From: Asterionella formosa
Lineage: Eukaryota
Reading direction: 5' to 3'
DNA length: 38,468 nt
Assembly (NCBI GenBank): GCA_002256025.1
Contig: NKIB01015066.1
Coordinates: forward strand, 1 to 38,468
Position 1 is the first letter of the stretch, and every line of letters starts with the position of its first letter. Below the pieces are notes generated by a model. That model was not told the DNA's origin, did no database searches, and worked only from the letters and a program-made list of their open reading frames with translations. This document shows positions 22,236-34,088 of this stretch, piece after piece. A program made the translations under genes and the position numbers.

Positions 22236-22754
22236 TACATAAAGCTGTAAGCATACACGTATCATACAATGATATGTTCGAGGTCCTGGTACCAGGTACC
22301 AGGTACTCCGACCAGGCAGCGGTAATCCACTTCCTGATACGGTGTCGCTCGGCCAGGCAGGCAGCACAACCATCGCTCAACCATGAAGGATAGTTAGTAC
22401 TGGTACCAGGTACCTGGTACCTCGTTCTGTACACAAAAGGAAGTACATGATTAATTATGCTGCTGTACGCGGAGCAGTGCTGGTGCGGTACTGGTAGTCT
22501 ACCGGCCGTATGCTTATATACCGGTATTGTGACAAGACTATTAGCGTACTGTAATTCAGCTGCAAGATAGTGCAATATAAAAATATTCATTTTACATTAA
22601 TATACCGGTATACTGTACCCGGTAGAGCAATAATAAAATTGTGAAATGTAAAGTAAAACCAGTCGGTTCATTATTGCTGGACATTGCTATACCGTATCAT
22701 CTGTATGTGGCATTGAACATCAGGTCACTGTAACTGTGGGACGCCGCCAACAAC

Positions 22755-25492
22755 ATGACATCGAATGAATTAAGCTTTAGCGATGCCGAAATTGTCGTGT
22801 CTCCTCCCGAAGCACCATCGCGACTGACGAACAGCAGCTCAATTGCAAATGGAAATGGTAGCACCAAGGAAGCAAGGCCTTCATTTACGGCTGACTCTCC
22901 TTATTACACAAGTTATGTTGAACAAGAAATGCGCCAACTGCAAGTTCTCGGTGACACCTTGCGAGAAATTTCGGCCAGAGCAAAGACCTTTGGCAAGTGT
23001 GGAGCGTTGATGTCGGAAGCGACAAGGCGGTTGGCTCTGGCCTGTCGATTCAGACGGTCGACTGCCGCGAGTGCAGACGACTACGACGATGAAGCAAGAA
23101 TGGACCTAGAAGATAATTTGGCACGCGAGAGAAAAGAAGCGATTGGCGATGAAATGGGCACTGTGCTATTCACGTTGGGAGAGGTATGTTCATGTGTAAT
23201 CATGCGTTACTGCGATTCCTTCAACTTTAACCGTATCATACCTTCTCGCTGGTGCTGTCAATGTAGGTCCTCGACGAGATTGCTGATGCCCAAATTTCCA
23301 TGTGCGAATCTCTCGAGGCGTCTCTCTCCCTTTCGCTAGAAGCATTCTGCGGAACTCAACTGCAAGAGGTCGCTCAACTGAAGCAAGAAGCAGAGCAAAT
23401 GACGGAGAATGCTGAAAACAGCGTGTCCAAGTACCTTAATGGCCGGTATGCTGCAGACATGACCTCGGCAGAAACTTGGAACAGAATAAGTGAACAAGTT
23501 GGAACTCAGGTTGGTTCGACTTTACAAAAGTGGAAGACAGGGACTGATGGACGCATGGGTTCAGCTATCAAAAATTGGAGAAACAAGGACGACGGGGGTA
23601 GCGCACGGAGAAGCCGTAGCAAGGCTGAGGCCGATCCGGCGATTGTCGTGGCTACTACGACGGCGAATTTGCGACTCAATCTCGAGCAAATCCGATTGGC
23701 CCAAGCAAATGCCGAGTTGAAGCGATTCCAACTTCTCAAGCAACTTGTTAATATCAAGGTAAGGAGGAGTGGAATGGGAAGCGCTTGTTTGCATTCCTCA
23801 TTTCTGACCATCATTCCATGTTTACTCACCTAGAAACGGCGCAATTTCGAGCTCGGTGAGTCAGCACTTGCCGGTCTACATGGCATCCGCGCCTACTTTC
23901 ATCACTGCTCGGATCTAGTTCAGGGATTATCACCCCGCATGAATCGTATTCAAACGACGCAAAATGCATCGCGCGAAAAGCACACGGCCCAACAGCTTCC
24001 TTGGGATTCTCGCGAAAAGGGGCTCCTTGGGGCGTTGAAGGCAGTTGACGACGCAGTCACTCACGCCGGCTACTTGGCGGAAGTTGCTGCATCTGGAGAC
24101 TTACCGGCTCCAACAAGTGCATTTACGGTGAGTGAATTGGAGCAGGAGACTCAACTTTGGGAGTTACCGGCATTACTGGCTCAATCAAGTCGCTATCAGC
24201 GAGAGCCCGCTCCCGGAGTGATGGTTGAAGGTTGGCTGTTCAAAAAATCAAGCAGTCGCATGTCATTGCAACAGTGGAACAGGCGATGGTTCATGATGGA
24301 CAAGGACGGCATATACTACTTCCGATCATCAGCCGAAATCAAGAACGCGAATGGGTACCTGCAAACGCTCGAGAGAGTAAAAATTTGCGATGTTGTCTTG
24401 TGTACAGTCCGGGAGGTTTCAAACGACGGTCTCCGCTTTTGTTTTGAAATTGTTACTCCAAACCAAAAGCCGCTTCTCTTGCAAGCACGTGGTCCGTTGG
24501 AGTATAAGACGTGGGTCGACGGAATAAGAAATGCCATTGAAACGCAGTTAATGACTGGCGACAGACCATCGGAAAACCTTATGCAAAATATTGGAAAGAA
24601 GAAAAAGAAAAGAGGCGATGGTGTTCCTGACCACGTACCCACTCTGGCGAGTATGTTGGAATCAGAAACTGTTGCATCAAGGGGAGGCGAACAAAACTCA
24701 GACGATGCCTTGGAAGTGTCGCCGCCTCAATTTCGGGATTCCGACGGCGAGGAAGACTTTAACGCGGAATCAGACCTATTGGAGCGGTCGAACAACCCCT
24801 TAGTTGACAAGGTGTTGGAACTGAATCCCATTTGTGCTGATTGCGACGCACCAAACCCAGACTGGGCTTCCCTTAATCTGGGTGTTTTGGTTTGTATAGA
24901 ATGTAGCGGAGTACATAGAAGTCTCGGCGTGCATGTCTCCAAAATGCGATCTCTAAAACTTGACTCGTTGTCTCAGACAGAATCGCGCTTGCTACTAGCC
25001 ATGGGAAATGATAGAGTAAACTCAATTTGGGAGGCGGGAGTGCTTTTGCAGCAGGGGTGGACGAAACCACTACAAGGTGATTCACGACAATCGAAGGATA
25101 ATTGGATCAAATCCAAATATCAATGGAAGGGTTTTTTGGAGGAGCGGACACCAGAGTGCGTGTCGCAAGAAGAACGGGCTTTGAAATTCAACCTGCGCCT
25201 TTACGAAGCTGCTCAAAATGCAGATGTCATGGGCATTGCGGAATGCCTGGCCTACGGAGGTAATGTAGATTGGAAGAACCCAAACGACGATAACAAGACT
25301 GCATTGCACGCATGTGCACTAACTAAACCAAAAGAGGACTCCGAATGGCTGGGGATAGAGAGTGCTGAATTACTGATCCAGAACGGTGCCAAGGTGAACG
25401 TGATGGATGCCAACACCCAGACAGCATTGGATTGTACTGTGATTGGGAACGGAGCACGTGAAATGGTGGAATATTTATCTTCCCGAAGGTAG
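22755..25492 (+). CDS. ArfGAP with BAR-like, PH and ankyrin domains (ACAP/centaurin-beta/AGD-like); about 859 aa, 3 exons
   Basis: Exons 22755-23183, 23267-23758, 23834-25492 (phase-0 GT-AG introns). PH: EGWLFKKS..WNRRWF...RFCFEIVTP...W. ArfGAP: CADCDAPNPDWASLNLGVLVCIECSGVHRSLGVHVSKMRSLKLD. ANK: KTALHAC, LLIQNGAKVN. Confidence 0.95.
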
Positions 25493-25659
25493 TTTTGAGA
25501 CTACATTGGTTTTACTCAAATGGTCTTACTGCACTCCTGTTTGCTACTGTTGTTTAAGGTTGAGTAATAATAATCCAGGAAAAGTGTAGGCGTAAATACC
25601 CATATGTCGCCTTCACGACATTGGGAATGGTTTTACTTCTTTTCTTTAACAGCTACATA

Positions 25660-28600
25660 TTATACAAAACCTCTCTTCGCTCCTTCGAGTGTAGTAGGAG
25701 ATTTTCCATTATTGTCGTACATTGTCGTAGGGTGATATTTTGGTTCGATGGAAGAGGGAAAGGATGAATTCGGCAAGTCTGCTCCGCCTAGTGATTGATG
25801 GTCCTCATCGTCAACATCGCCTAAATACTGAACTTCGATAGCAACTTCTTCGATGTCTTCATTTTCATCCTGATATGCCTTCCTTCGCGATCTTTCCGGC
25901 TTCTTGATACACTTTGATGGTGTCAAAGGTTTTGCAAGCAATGCAGATACCATGTCAGTAACTTCCTTCATGCTTCCATTGAAAGAGGTTTGAACTTCTT
26001 CTCTGATCTCTAATGCAATCCGTGCAAGATCAAGATCCCTGTACACCGATTGAAGCTCGTCAAAGTTTCCAATCTCATTAACATATCCTTGATCCGCGTA
26101 GTCCACCTGCACTGATGGAGTTCCTTCAGTACTCACAGAGTGGATCTGCTTTATCGATTGGGCTCCACCCCCAGACATCCACGCATCGCTTCCTTCACTT
26201 CTGGACGAGGCAAGTGAAAGGAGATGAGAAGAATTCTCACTAATTTGTGAACTGAAACTAAAGGTCTTTTGGGGATGGCTGCTCGAATTGCTATCGCGGA
26301 AATTGTAAATTTGCGGACCTCGAGGAGTGGAAACGTCCGTAAAGCGGGATGAGCTGTTGTACCTGCTGAAAAGTCCGTCACGTTGACCCTTGTTTAGTTC
26401 GGCACCATTAAGAGCGGTATGTACGTTGCCTCGAGAGGGAAAATATGCTGCAGTCTCATTTCGATGCGATGGTTGCTGCTTGGCGGGTTCTCCTTGAATT
26501 ATTTGGCGAGTTAGGTCTTTGGTGGTCCTTTCCTCGTCTGGTGCCAGCGGCGAATGCTTGTTGCGCCTACCCTTCAAAACTAGGCTCGCTCGACTTGCCA
26601 AAGCGGACGACGCTACGCTGCCGGATTCTTCCGATTCAGCAGAAGCCGCCATGTGAATTGATTTTGTGCTGTACCCTGATGAAGCTGTACTGAAAAATGA
26701 CAATGCTGTGTCTGATTGGCCAGTTTCGGACATGCTGCTTTGTTGATGAGCACTTGTTGGAGTCGATTTGGCTCTGGCGGCTAACTGTTGCTTGTGCTTG
26801 TAGCGATTGGTCGATCTATAGCTGAAGGCACGAGAAGTCGAACTTATGGATGGTGATATATGAGGAGAAGAATCATTGCTTGGCGTTTTAGGACTATATA
26901 GGGGATTCGAATTGAAAGGCGATGTTTCAAGTTTTGTTCGGGAGTAGCGCGAGAAAGCTCCGCTACCATTGGTTGGACTGGAGAATGCTGATCCACCTGT
27001 TTGAATTTTTAGGGGGAGAGAAGTCTGCTTTCGTTTCAGTTCGTCAGGCGTGGTAACTGATGAGACTGGATCAATCTCAAACCTTTGGGGTTGATCATAA
27101 TCTACAGGCGAACTGTAAGGGTGGTCTGGTTGTGCTAGGTTGGAGCTAGATTTCGTGTGACTATTGACCGTGCTTTCCTTTTGAGTATCTGGCTCAGTAT
27201 TTGAGAAATTTGGCGAAATTAAGGGTTGGGAAGCTACTGAATCCTCAACCGAGGACACAGATTGGTCGCTGCATCGACCCTGTTTCAACCTCAATCGATG
27301 TTCCTGAACGCGTTTCTTTTCAGCTGTACAACTTAGCTTTCTTGTCGGGGAAAATTGATTTGTTGCTCGTCCCATACCATTTGCAGTAGTAAAAAGTTGG
27401 CCAGGCTCATTTTCTTCCTCCGGTAATCCTTCGCCTGTAGCGAGTGCATCGGTTAAGCCCGAATCATTTTGTGGTGGTCGGTATTTTGTTCCAGTCTCCC
27501 CCTCGTTTGAAGACATTGTGATTTCCTGCCCAGAAGGAACTGGGGCCAGAAGCTTTGACTTCAGACCTAATTCATACCTAGACACTGTCGACTCGTTCTT
27601 GTGATCCGCGGAACCGTGTTTCTTCCCTTTCTGGTCGGCTAAATTTTTCAATGCCGACCCTCCGAGGCGCCTTTCAACTTCCAGCGAGTTTGTTGGTGTT
27701 CTTATTTTGCTAGTCACCCCAGCGATATCCATATCTTCCACGTCCTTCTTCGATTTGACAGACTCTGCCAAGGATGTTGGAGTTCCCGATTTGTGTTTCT
27801 TGCCGATTGTCATAAGAGAAGAATTGATTGGAGGCCTCGGCATTACCAATGCTTCGGCTTCTAAAAATTTCCCGTTAAAAGCTTTCGCGTCATTCTCTAT
27901 CATCTCTTCAGTATGGTGTTTCCTCCAAAGATCGAGTGCGTTCGACTTCCTTGAGGGAGACGTCTTTTCTCGTTCGGCGGCTTCGCCGTCTGAAGAATGC
28001 CCTCGACGTGGTAGAAGATTAAGTGTATTGGAAGCCTGGGACGACACACTCAAAGAAGATTCGATTTTTCTCGATGTGTCTGAAGATGCTGGTTTCATTG
28101 GGGAAGACAATGAATTGCTTTCGCGAACGATGCCACCACTGTGCCGTTTCTTCCATCGATCCAACACACCGGTTTTGCCCACAGGGTATGTGGGGGGGAA
28201 AATAGGAAAATGCGGATGTTCTGCAGTTTCGAACTGATCAGCTAATGGCCATTCAACAGCTCCATTGGTTGATTCTGAACTAGCAACGCTTGCCGATTTC
28301 ATAAGTGCAACTTCGTTTGCGGTGGTGCAGTCGTTGCTGGGAGTTGCAACAGTTTTACGCTGCAATTTCTGAGCACCGTGAGTCGCAGCAGTCGCATTGA
28401 GTTGCTCTTGCGGTGGCTTCGGGATTGTCTTGAGAAGAGGCGAAGGTTTACCGAACAAGGAGTTGCGATTTGGTGTCGAAGCTGGTGTTGCCGATTGGAA
28501 AGGCAAGGAATCGCGTTTTCTCCACAGCTCCATAACACTCGAGTTTTCAGAAACCAGAGTATTGTCGTCTCCAACAGCAGACGAACGCTGTGATTCTTTA

Positions 28601-29727
28601 TCGTCGAACGCAAGACACGCGTTCGTGTCAACTTCGCATTTGGTCTTCATGTCAACTGCAATTTTTGGCCTGTTCTGCTTTTCCAGACTTCTCGATGCCA
28701 ATTCCTCAGACGCCAATCCTGTTTTAGTGGCTAGATTTTTCCAGGATGGCGAACTTGCAACATAATTTCTCCTCCATTCTGGGCTGGCATTTTTCACATC
28801 ATGATGTGAATTCCGCAGTTCTTGATTCGTGAGGACTATTGGAACTGGCATAGCAGGAGACTGCAATTTTTCCACTTCGTCGCTAGTCCGAACGTCTACA
28901 TTCGCTTCTCGAGTGTTGATGGGCGACGAGATAGAACGTTGATTCCATCGGTGAGATCCTTGTCGTTTGCTGTTCCACATGTCGGCGACAGTGGATGGTT
29001 GATTTTGTTGCGATACTTCGTCGCCAACATGATCATTTTGTTGCGGCAATTCGCTTGCGTTCGATGAAACAGTAAGGCGCGCAGGAGCTCCGGTCAAGCC
29101 TCTCTTATTCCATCGATCTACTACGCTGAGTCGCGTCGTTTCGAGTTGCTGGTCCTGTGGAGGTCCGTCGTCGTCAATAATCATTGAATCTTTGCATGCG
29201 CCATCTTGCTTGGGCGAGGGGTGTTTCACAGTAAGCTTTAACGTGTTGACCAGCGGTGTGTTCACTGTATTTTGATTGCCAACAGAGCTTACTGCACTGT
29301 TTCGTGTCTGTGTCACACTTGGACTGCCGCCCAATTTTCGGTTGTCGTTCGTTGTCACCAACAATTGCTTCGACGACGAATGCGGTATTTCTGTTTGTCT
29401 CCCAAATGTTTGTTCTTTTCTGTGAGCAATGCTGTCTGATTTTACAGTTTGCTTGGTAATGACTTCTAACTTGTTTGGTGAAGGGGAGCTCATCAACTTG
29501 TTTATTGCAGCGGGTTTGGTGGAGACCCCCGACGACTTTTCTCGTTTTCTCCACATTTCCACGACGCTGGTTCGTTTCGGTGTTTCTTGCAGGACTGGTG
29601 ATGAAACGTGTTCCTCTGGTGGCAAATCTTCCTCGTCCTTTTCAACTGCGCGATTCATCGCCTTTATTCGTTCTTGAATTGACAGGCTGCCCCATTCCTT
29701 TTTCGTGTAAGAGCTTGAGCTGGACAT
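25660..29727 (-). CDS. Large Ser/Thr/Pro-rich, probably disordered hypothetical protein; about 1355 aa
   Basis: 4-kb uninterrupted ORF; first ATG at 29727 (the track start at 29796 is a TTG). No catalytic motif recognised. Six SV.D.W.KR-like repeats; acidic C-terminal EEVAIEVQY segment. Confidence 0.88.
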   Translation of the reverse strand: MSSSSSYTKKEWGSLSIQERIKAMNRAVEKDEEDLPPEEHVSSPVLQETPKRTSVVEMWRKREKSSGVSTKPAAINKLMSSPSPNKLEVITKQTVKSDSIAHRKEQTFGRQTEIPHSSSKQLLVTTNDNRKLGGSPSVTQTRNSAVSSVGNQNTVNTPLVNTLKLTVKHPSPKQDGACKDSMIIDDDGPPQDQQLETTRLSVVDRWNKRGLTGAPARLTVSSNASELPQQNDHVGDEVSQQNQPSTVADMWNSKRQGSHRWNQRSISSPINTREANVDVRTSDEVEKLQSPAMPVPIVLTNQELRNSHHDVKNASPEWRRNYVASSPSWKNLATKTGLASEELASRSLEKQNRPKIAVDMKTKCEVDTNACLAFDDKESQRSSAVGDDNTLVSENSSVMELWRKRDSLPFQSATPASTPNRNSLFGKPSPLLKTIPKPPQEQLNATAATHGAQKLQRKTVATPSNDCTTANEVALMKSASVASSESTNGAVEWPLADQFETAEHPHFPIFPPTYPVGKTGVLDRWKKRHSGGIVRESNSLSSPMKPASSDTSRKIESSLSVSSQASNTLNLLPRRGHSSDGEAAEREKTSPSRKSNALDLWRKHHTEEMIENDAKAFNGKFLEAEALVMPRPPINSSLMTIGKKHKSGTPTSLAESVKSKKDVEDMDIAGVTSKIRTPTNSLEVERRLGGSALKNLADQKGKKHGSADHKNESTVSRYELGLKSKLLAPVPSGQEITMSSNEGETGTKYRPPQNDSGLTDALATGEGLPEEENEPGQLFTTANGMGRATNQFSPTRKLSCTAEKKRVQEHRLRLKQGRCSDQSVSSVEDSVASQPLISPNFSNTEPDTQKESTVNSHTKSSSNLAQPDHPYSSPVDYDQPQRFEIDPVSSVTTPDELKRKQTSLPLKIQTGGSAFSSPTNGSGAFSRYSRTKLETSPFNSNPLYSPKTPSNDSSPHISPSISSTSRAFSYRSTNRYKHKQQLAARAKSTPTSAHQQSSMSETGQSDTALSFFSTASSGYSTKSIHMAASAESEESGSVASSALASRASLVLKGRRNKHSPLAPDEERTTKDLTRQIIQGEPAKQQPSHRNETAAYFPSRGNVHTALNGAELNKGQRDGLFSRYNSSSRFTDVSTPRGPQIYNFRDSNSSSHPQKTFSFSSQISENSSHLLSLASSRSEGSDAWMSGGGAQSIKQIHSVSTEGTPSVQVDYADQGYVNEIGNFDELQSVYRDLDLARIALEIREEVQTSFNGSMKEVTDMVSALLAKPLTPSKCIKKPERSRRKAYQDENEDIEEVAIEVQYLGDVDDEDHQSLGGADLPNSSFPSSIEPKYHPTTMYDNNGKSPTTLEGAKRGFV

Positions 29728-30651
29728 GACGACCAAATATACCGGCAGTCGCTTCAGTTTCTTCTGTCGTACTGTAATTGAGGGGTCTGCTAGCAAATAC
29801 GATTATGTTGGCAACGCATGAGCGAGGAAATAAAAAAATACTCTCACCTGCACGACAGTCAACCCTGTCGAATTCCAGCAACACCGGCAGTCGTTTACAG
29901 CACAAAACAATGATTATACTATCTAATGATGACGGTGATGGCCGTCATCGGTCGCTAGTTTCCTGTGGCAGTTACGGATGCCGGTAGGAGCCCCCCACTA
30001 CATCGGCCACCTCGTTCTGAGCATGTGCTTCACTATCCTCGCATTGGTTTTTTATGTAGTAGATAGGATTTGTGCTTGCCTGACGTGGAACATTTGAATA
30101 TTGATGATGATCAATAGTTGTTTCTCACATTGTACAAGTGGCAAGCAAAGTTCTTCACACCCGCCCCTGCGCTGGCCTTCTGTTTGAATAAACGACAACT
30201 TCGACTCCCGGTGGGTACCGGTACCGGTAGTACCTGTGACTATGGATGTACAGGGTGCCACCTCAGCTCCTGCGCCTGTGCCGAGGAATTTCTGCGATAA
30301 GAAATCCTATCATCATGCATAATTTATTTATGTACCGGTGGTACCAGGTACCAGGTATCTGGATTGGCGGTGTATCAGACAAAACAATACGGTATTTTGT
30401 CTGTGTACATACAGGAACCCGCATTTGTGTTCAGGCCAATCTTAACAGAGATACAAATTATTTTTTGTTGTATTTTCAGAAAAAAATGAATCTTTACAGA
30501 GATACATTTCACAAATATATCTCTGTAACTGCAAAACAGTTAGCCATTTTCTTTATGTCTCTGCAACATGTGCATCAGACTCAGCAAAAATATTTGCAAT
30601 GTGTGCTTCAATTATTCAACGTGTCTGACAATTATCAATACTGTAACAACA

Positions 30652-31978
30652 ATGACAAATCAACCAGAAGAACCTGACAGTTGGGATATCATTGACAATC
30701 TTGATATAGAAGCAGAACAACCGAGCTTTTTGTTAATTGCAGCAGTTGCATTCTCATTTTTGGACTCCTATGAATGAAACTCAAAGCCAATGCAAATTCC
30801 AAAATGGGAGCATCAACGAATTGACTGGAATGAGCATGTCACAAAGCTTCTTCATGAGAATAGATTTCATTGTGAATATCGCATGTCTCTTGAAGCTTTC
30901 AATCAACTTCTGGAACTCCTCTGACCTTCCATCACAGTTAATGTTGTTAAATCAAATGCAAGTTCCAGTTTATACAGCTCAAATCAGCATATTTATCCTG
31001 CTGAGTTGATCCTTGCCATCGGACTTTGCTGGATTGCAGGAGGAAACCTCATAGACATTTTTCATGTCTATGGAGTTTCTTATCCATCTGTTTATGCCAT
31101 GATCACTAAAGCATTCCTTGATGCGGTGAACTCTTGCACATCATTATAAAAAAAATTCCCTACAACAAACAAGGAGAAACAAACAGTGATGAATGGATTC
31201 CTTGAAAAAAGCGAGCAGCAACTATCTCGTGGATGCATTGGTGCTATAGATGGATATTTACAGCCTGTTTCTAAACCAAAAAAAGGGATTGTGATGGCTT
31301 CCCTCAAAAATATTGGTCTGGGCATTACATGTCATATGGATTGAATGTTCAAGCTGTTTGCAACAGCAATTGTTGTTTCCTAGACTTTGGTGTCGTGGCA
31401 CCAGGAAAATGTCCAGATCAGAAGTCATTTGAAAGAACAAAAATTTTTCAGATTGTATCCAACCTTTGTCCAGGACAATACATAGTAGGTGATGCTGCTT
31501 ACACATTGACTGATCAAGTGCTCTGTCAATTTGTTGGAAGTCAAAGGGAATCAACAAAGAAAGATGCATACAACTATTTCCTTTCACAACTCCACATTAT
31601 AATTGAGATGACGTTTGGATTGCTCACCGATAAATGGAGATCCTGAGGACATCCTTGTCCTTCAGGATGAAGAAATCAGTTGCAATTATTTCTGCTTGTG
31701 CCCGCTTACTCAATTTTTGCCCACTCATGGATGATGATAAAAAGAAGGAACTTGCTAAAGGAATGGATTTTCTGACTAGTTTGGAGCTTGTTTATCCAAT
31801 GCCCAATGCTCCTCTTGGGTGGGCTTATCTTCCAACTGTCAGGAAGTTGGATGTAGTACAAGGTACTTCACAGATTCGGCAATTTATTCTTGATGTTGTC
31901 ACCAACAATGGGTTTAGGCAACCTCCGGCTAATGAGTTGCGCCGACGGCGTGAACTGACTGAAATAGAATTAATGTAG
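30652..31978 (+). pseudogene. PIF/Harbinger DDE transposase (DDE_Tnp_4-like), disrupted
   Basis: RIDWNEHV, EYRMSLEAFNQLLELL, LAIGLCWIAGG, GCIGAIDG, SGHYMSYGLNVQAVC, APGKCPD, IVGDAAY, YNYFLSQL..IEMTFGLL..KW, ACARLLNFC; several stops and frameshifts. Confidence 0.93.
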
Positions 31979-32042
31979 CATACAACTACAACTGGAAGGA
32001 GTTAGGTAATAACAAGAACTAAGCAGAATAATAATTGTTAAC

Positions 32043-33580
32043 CTAGTTATGATTAGATGCATTTTCTTCAGCTGTTTGTATGAGAGCTACAGAATTCTTG
32101 TTCATTGCATCCATAGCTTCAAAAAGTTTGGGTTCAAAAAATTCAACAAAACTGACATGATCATTCTCTTGATACTCTTTACCATCACATTTTTGTGACA
32201 CTTCGTTGCTTGCTACTTCAGTTCGAGCTTTCTTCAACTTTTCGCAGTACATACTTACAACATCCATTAGTTACTTCTCTCGTTATACAAGAAAAGTTGC
32301 TCGAGAAATTTTTGCATTGGAACTTTGAAAGGCAAGTGTTATTTGTGTATGGCACTCATTTGCTTTTGAAAGTTCTACAAGGCTATTGACCACTTGATTG
32401 GATGTGTTTTCAAACTCATTGCTATCATACTTTCTACCTTTTCTTCATTGAACAGGTAGCTTGGCAACATCATACTCTGCAGGAACGTGAATTAGACTGT
32501 CCATAGCAACACCATCACTTAAACTTGGAACTGCATACTAGGCACGGATATGTGGCACCTGTTGAAGCCATAAATGATAGTACAAACAATAAAACCGGTT
32601 TTGAGTGAAATTGTCTAAGTTATTGTGTCAACCAGAAACTTTGTTATCATTGAAACAGATCTTGTATTGCACATTTAGAAATTCCATAACCTCTGAAAAT
32701 TGTTTGCTATCCAACATATCAAAAGTGAGGGGATAGTTATCATCAATTCCGTGGTATTCAAACTGGGTGGCTGTGTTTGAATGCCATGGATCCAACTGTG
32801 GTATCATCGTCAATGTCCATTTAGATATCCAATAACTTGTCCCAAACTGCTTTATGGGGAAATTTCCTTGCATCCAACTCACACATACTTGGTGTATTAC
32901 CAAGACACAAAACATCTTGCCGATGTTTCTCATCAAAGACGACATTAATTACTGGATATTATGTGCCATGCTTCTCAATATATTTGGGAGCAGTTGCAGC
33001 ATTTATTTTCCTCTGATTCTTAAGAGGTTTTCCCTGTTTCTTAATAATCTGGTGGGATCTCTCAGAATCGTCATTCAATAAAATATCAGCAGGAACTGGA
33101 AATGTAAATGCAGACAGTTGGGAAGGAGATAATTCGGAATCTGTACTTGAGTCATTGGCAATATCTTCTCTGGTAGTAGAAAGTTGCTTTGATACTAGTA
33201 ATAGGCGAGGAGACTTCCTTTTTGATGGTTCAGGAGTAAAGCAAGGGAGCGCCATTTCTTTTCAGATACTTCTTTGGTTCTTTTGATGACTTTTTGTTGT
33301 GTCCCATCATGTCTCAAAGATCAAGATTCTTTAACCAATTCTTAAGAAGTGTAATTGTTATCATCTTTGTATTGTTTCTGTATCCGGCGATTTTAAAGTG
33401 AACGCAAATACAACGAAGTCGTTGTAGTGATATCTGTTGAATGGGCATGTCTTTTATTGTTGTCCAAGAACCTGCGTTATCAATGAAAAAATCAGCAGGA
33501 GTGATACTTGCAACCCACTGGTCATCCTGTTTCTTTGCTGCAGAGTAAGTTTCATTGTCCAAAGATTCAAATGATGTCAT
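32043..33580 (-). pseudogene. Harbinger second (accessory, normally DNA-binding) gene, fragmented
   Basis: Chain of minus-strand ORF pieces (33580-33314, 33255-32959, 32945-32628, 32267-32043) lying inside the TIRs and convergent with the transposase. A Myb/SANT motif was not confidently recognised. Confidence 0.65.
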
Positions 33581-34088
33581 TGCGCAAGTCGTTTACAATG
33601 AAAAGCATTATTCCATGAGTAGCTAGTGATTATAATAATTGCTGCTGAGAATCCCTCCTCCCAAAATTCTTTTCTGTTGTTGCTGTTAGAGATAAAAATG
33701 GTGCTTTGTTGATTAATTTAATTACATGACATACAAATTTACAAGATTAGTGTTGCTTAACGCTGTATCTGCAGTGATACACACAGAAACACAATTCGGA
33801 GCAACAAGAAAGTGTTGCTGGAAGTAACATATCACCTGGATATGTGAGATACAAAAATTTGGGCCGAGCAACATTTTTTTTATTTTTTTATCTCTCTTGA
33901 GATTGGCCCTTAGGCAAAGAATGAATACAAACAATTACAACTTCCCAGGGTAACCAGGTACTCCACGAGGTACCCGGTACCAGGATACCTGGTATCGCAT
34001 GCACCTCATTTACCTACCAGTATTTCATTACAGGATGTGCCTCGTGAAGAATTGATTTCACACACAAAGCGCGCAAACCCCCCAAAAC

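Larger units (their letters stand above)
30433..33909. mobile_element. Full-length but decayed PIF/Harbinger DNA transposon with two convergent genes
   Basis: Imperfect TIRs AGGCCAATCTTAACAGAGATA (30433-) and reverse-complement GGGCCAATCTCAAGAGAGATA (-33909). Flanks are TTC and TTA (TTA/TAA TSD expected). Subterminal GAGATACA repeats. Transposase on +, second gene on -. Confidence 0.88.

Noticed and set aside
27707..28237. 176-aa antisense ORF (also 35845-36450, 34354-34917, 18964-19530, 15066-15534)
   Set aside because: Shadow ORFs opposite well-supported genes, mostly with non-ATG starts and no motifs.
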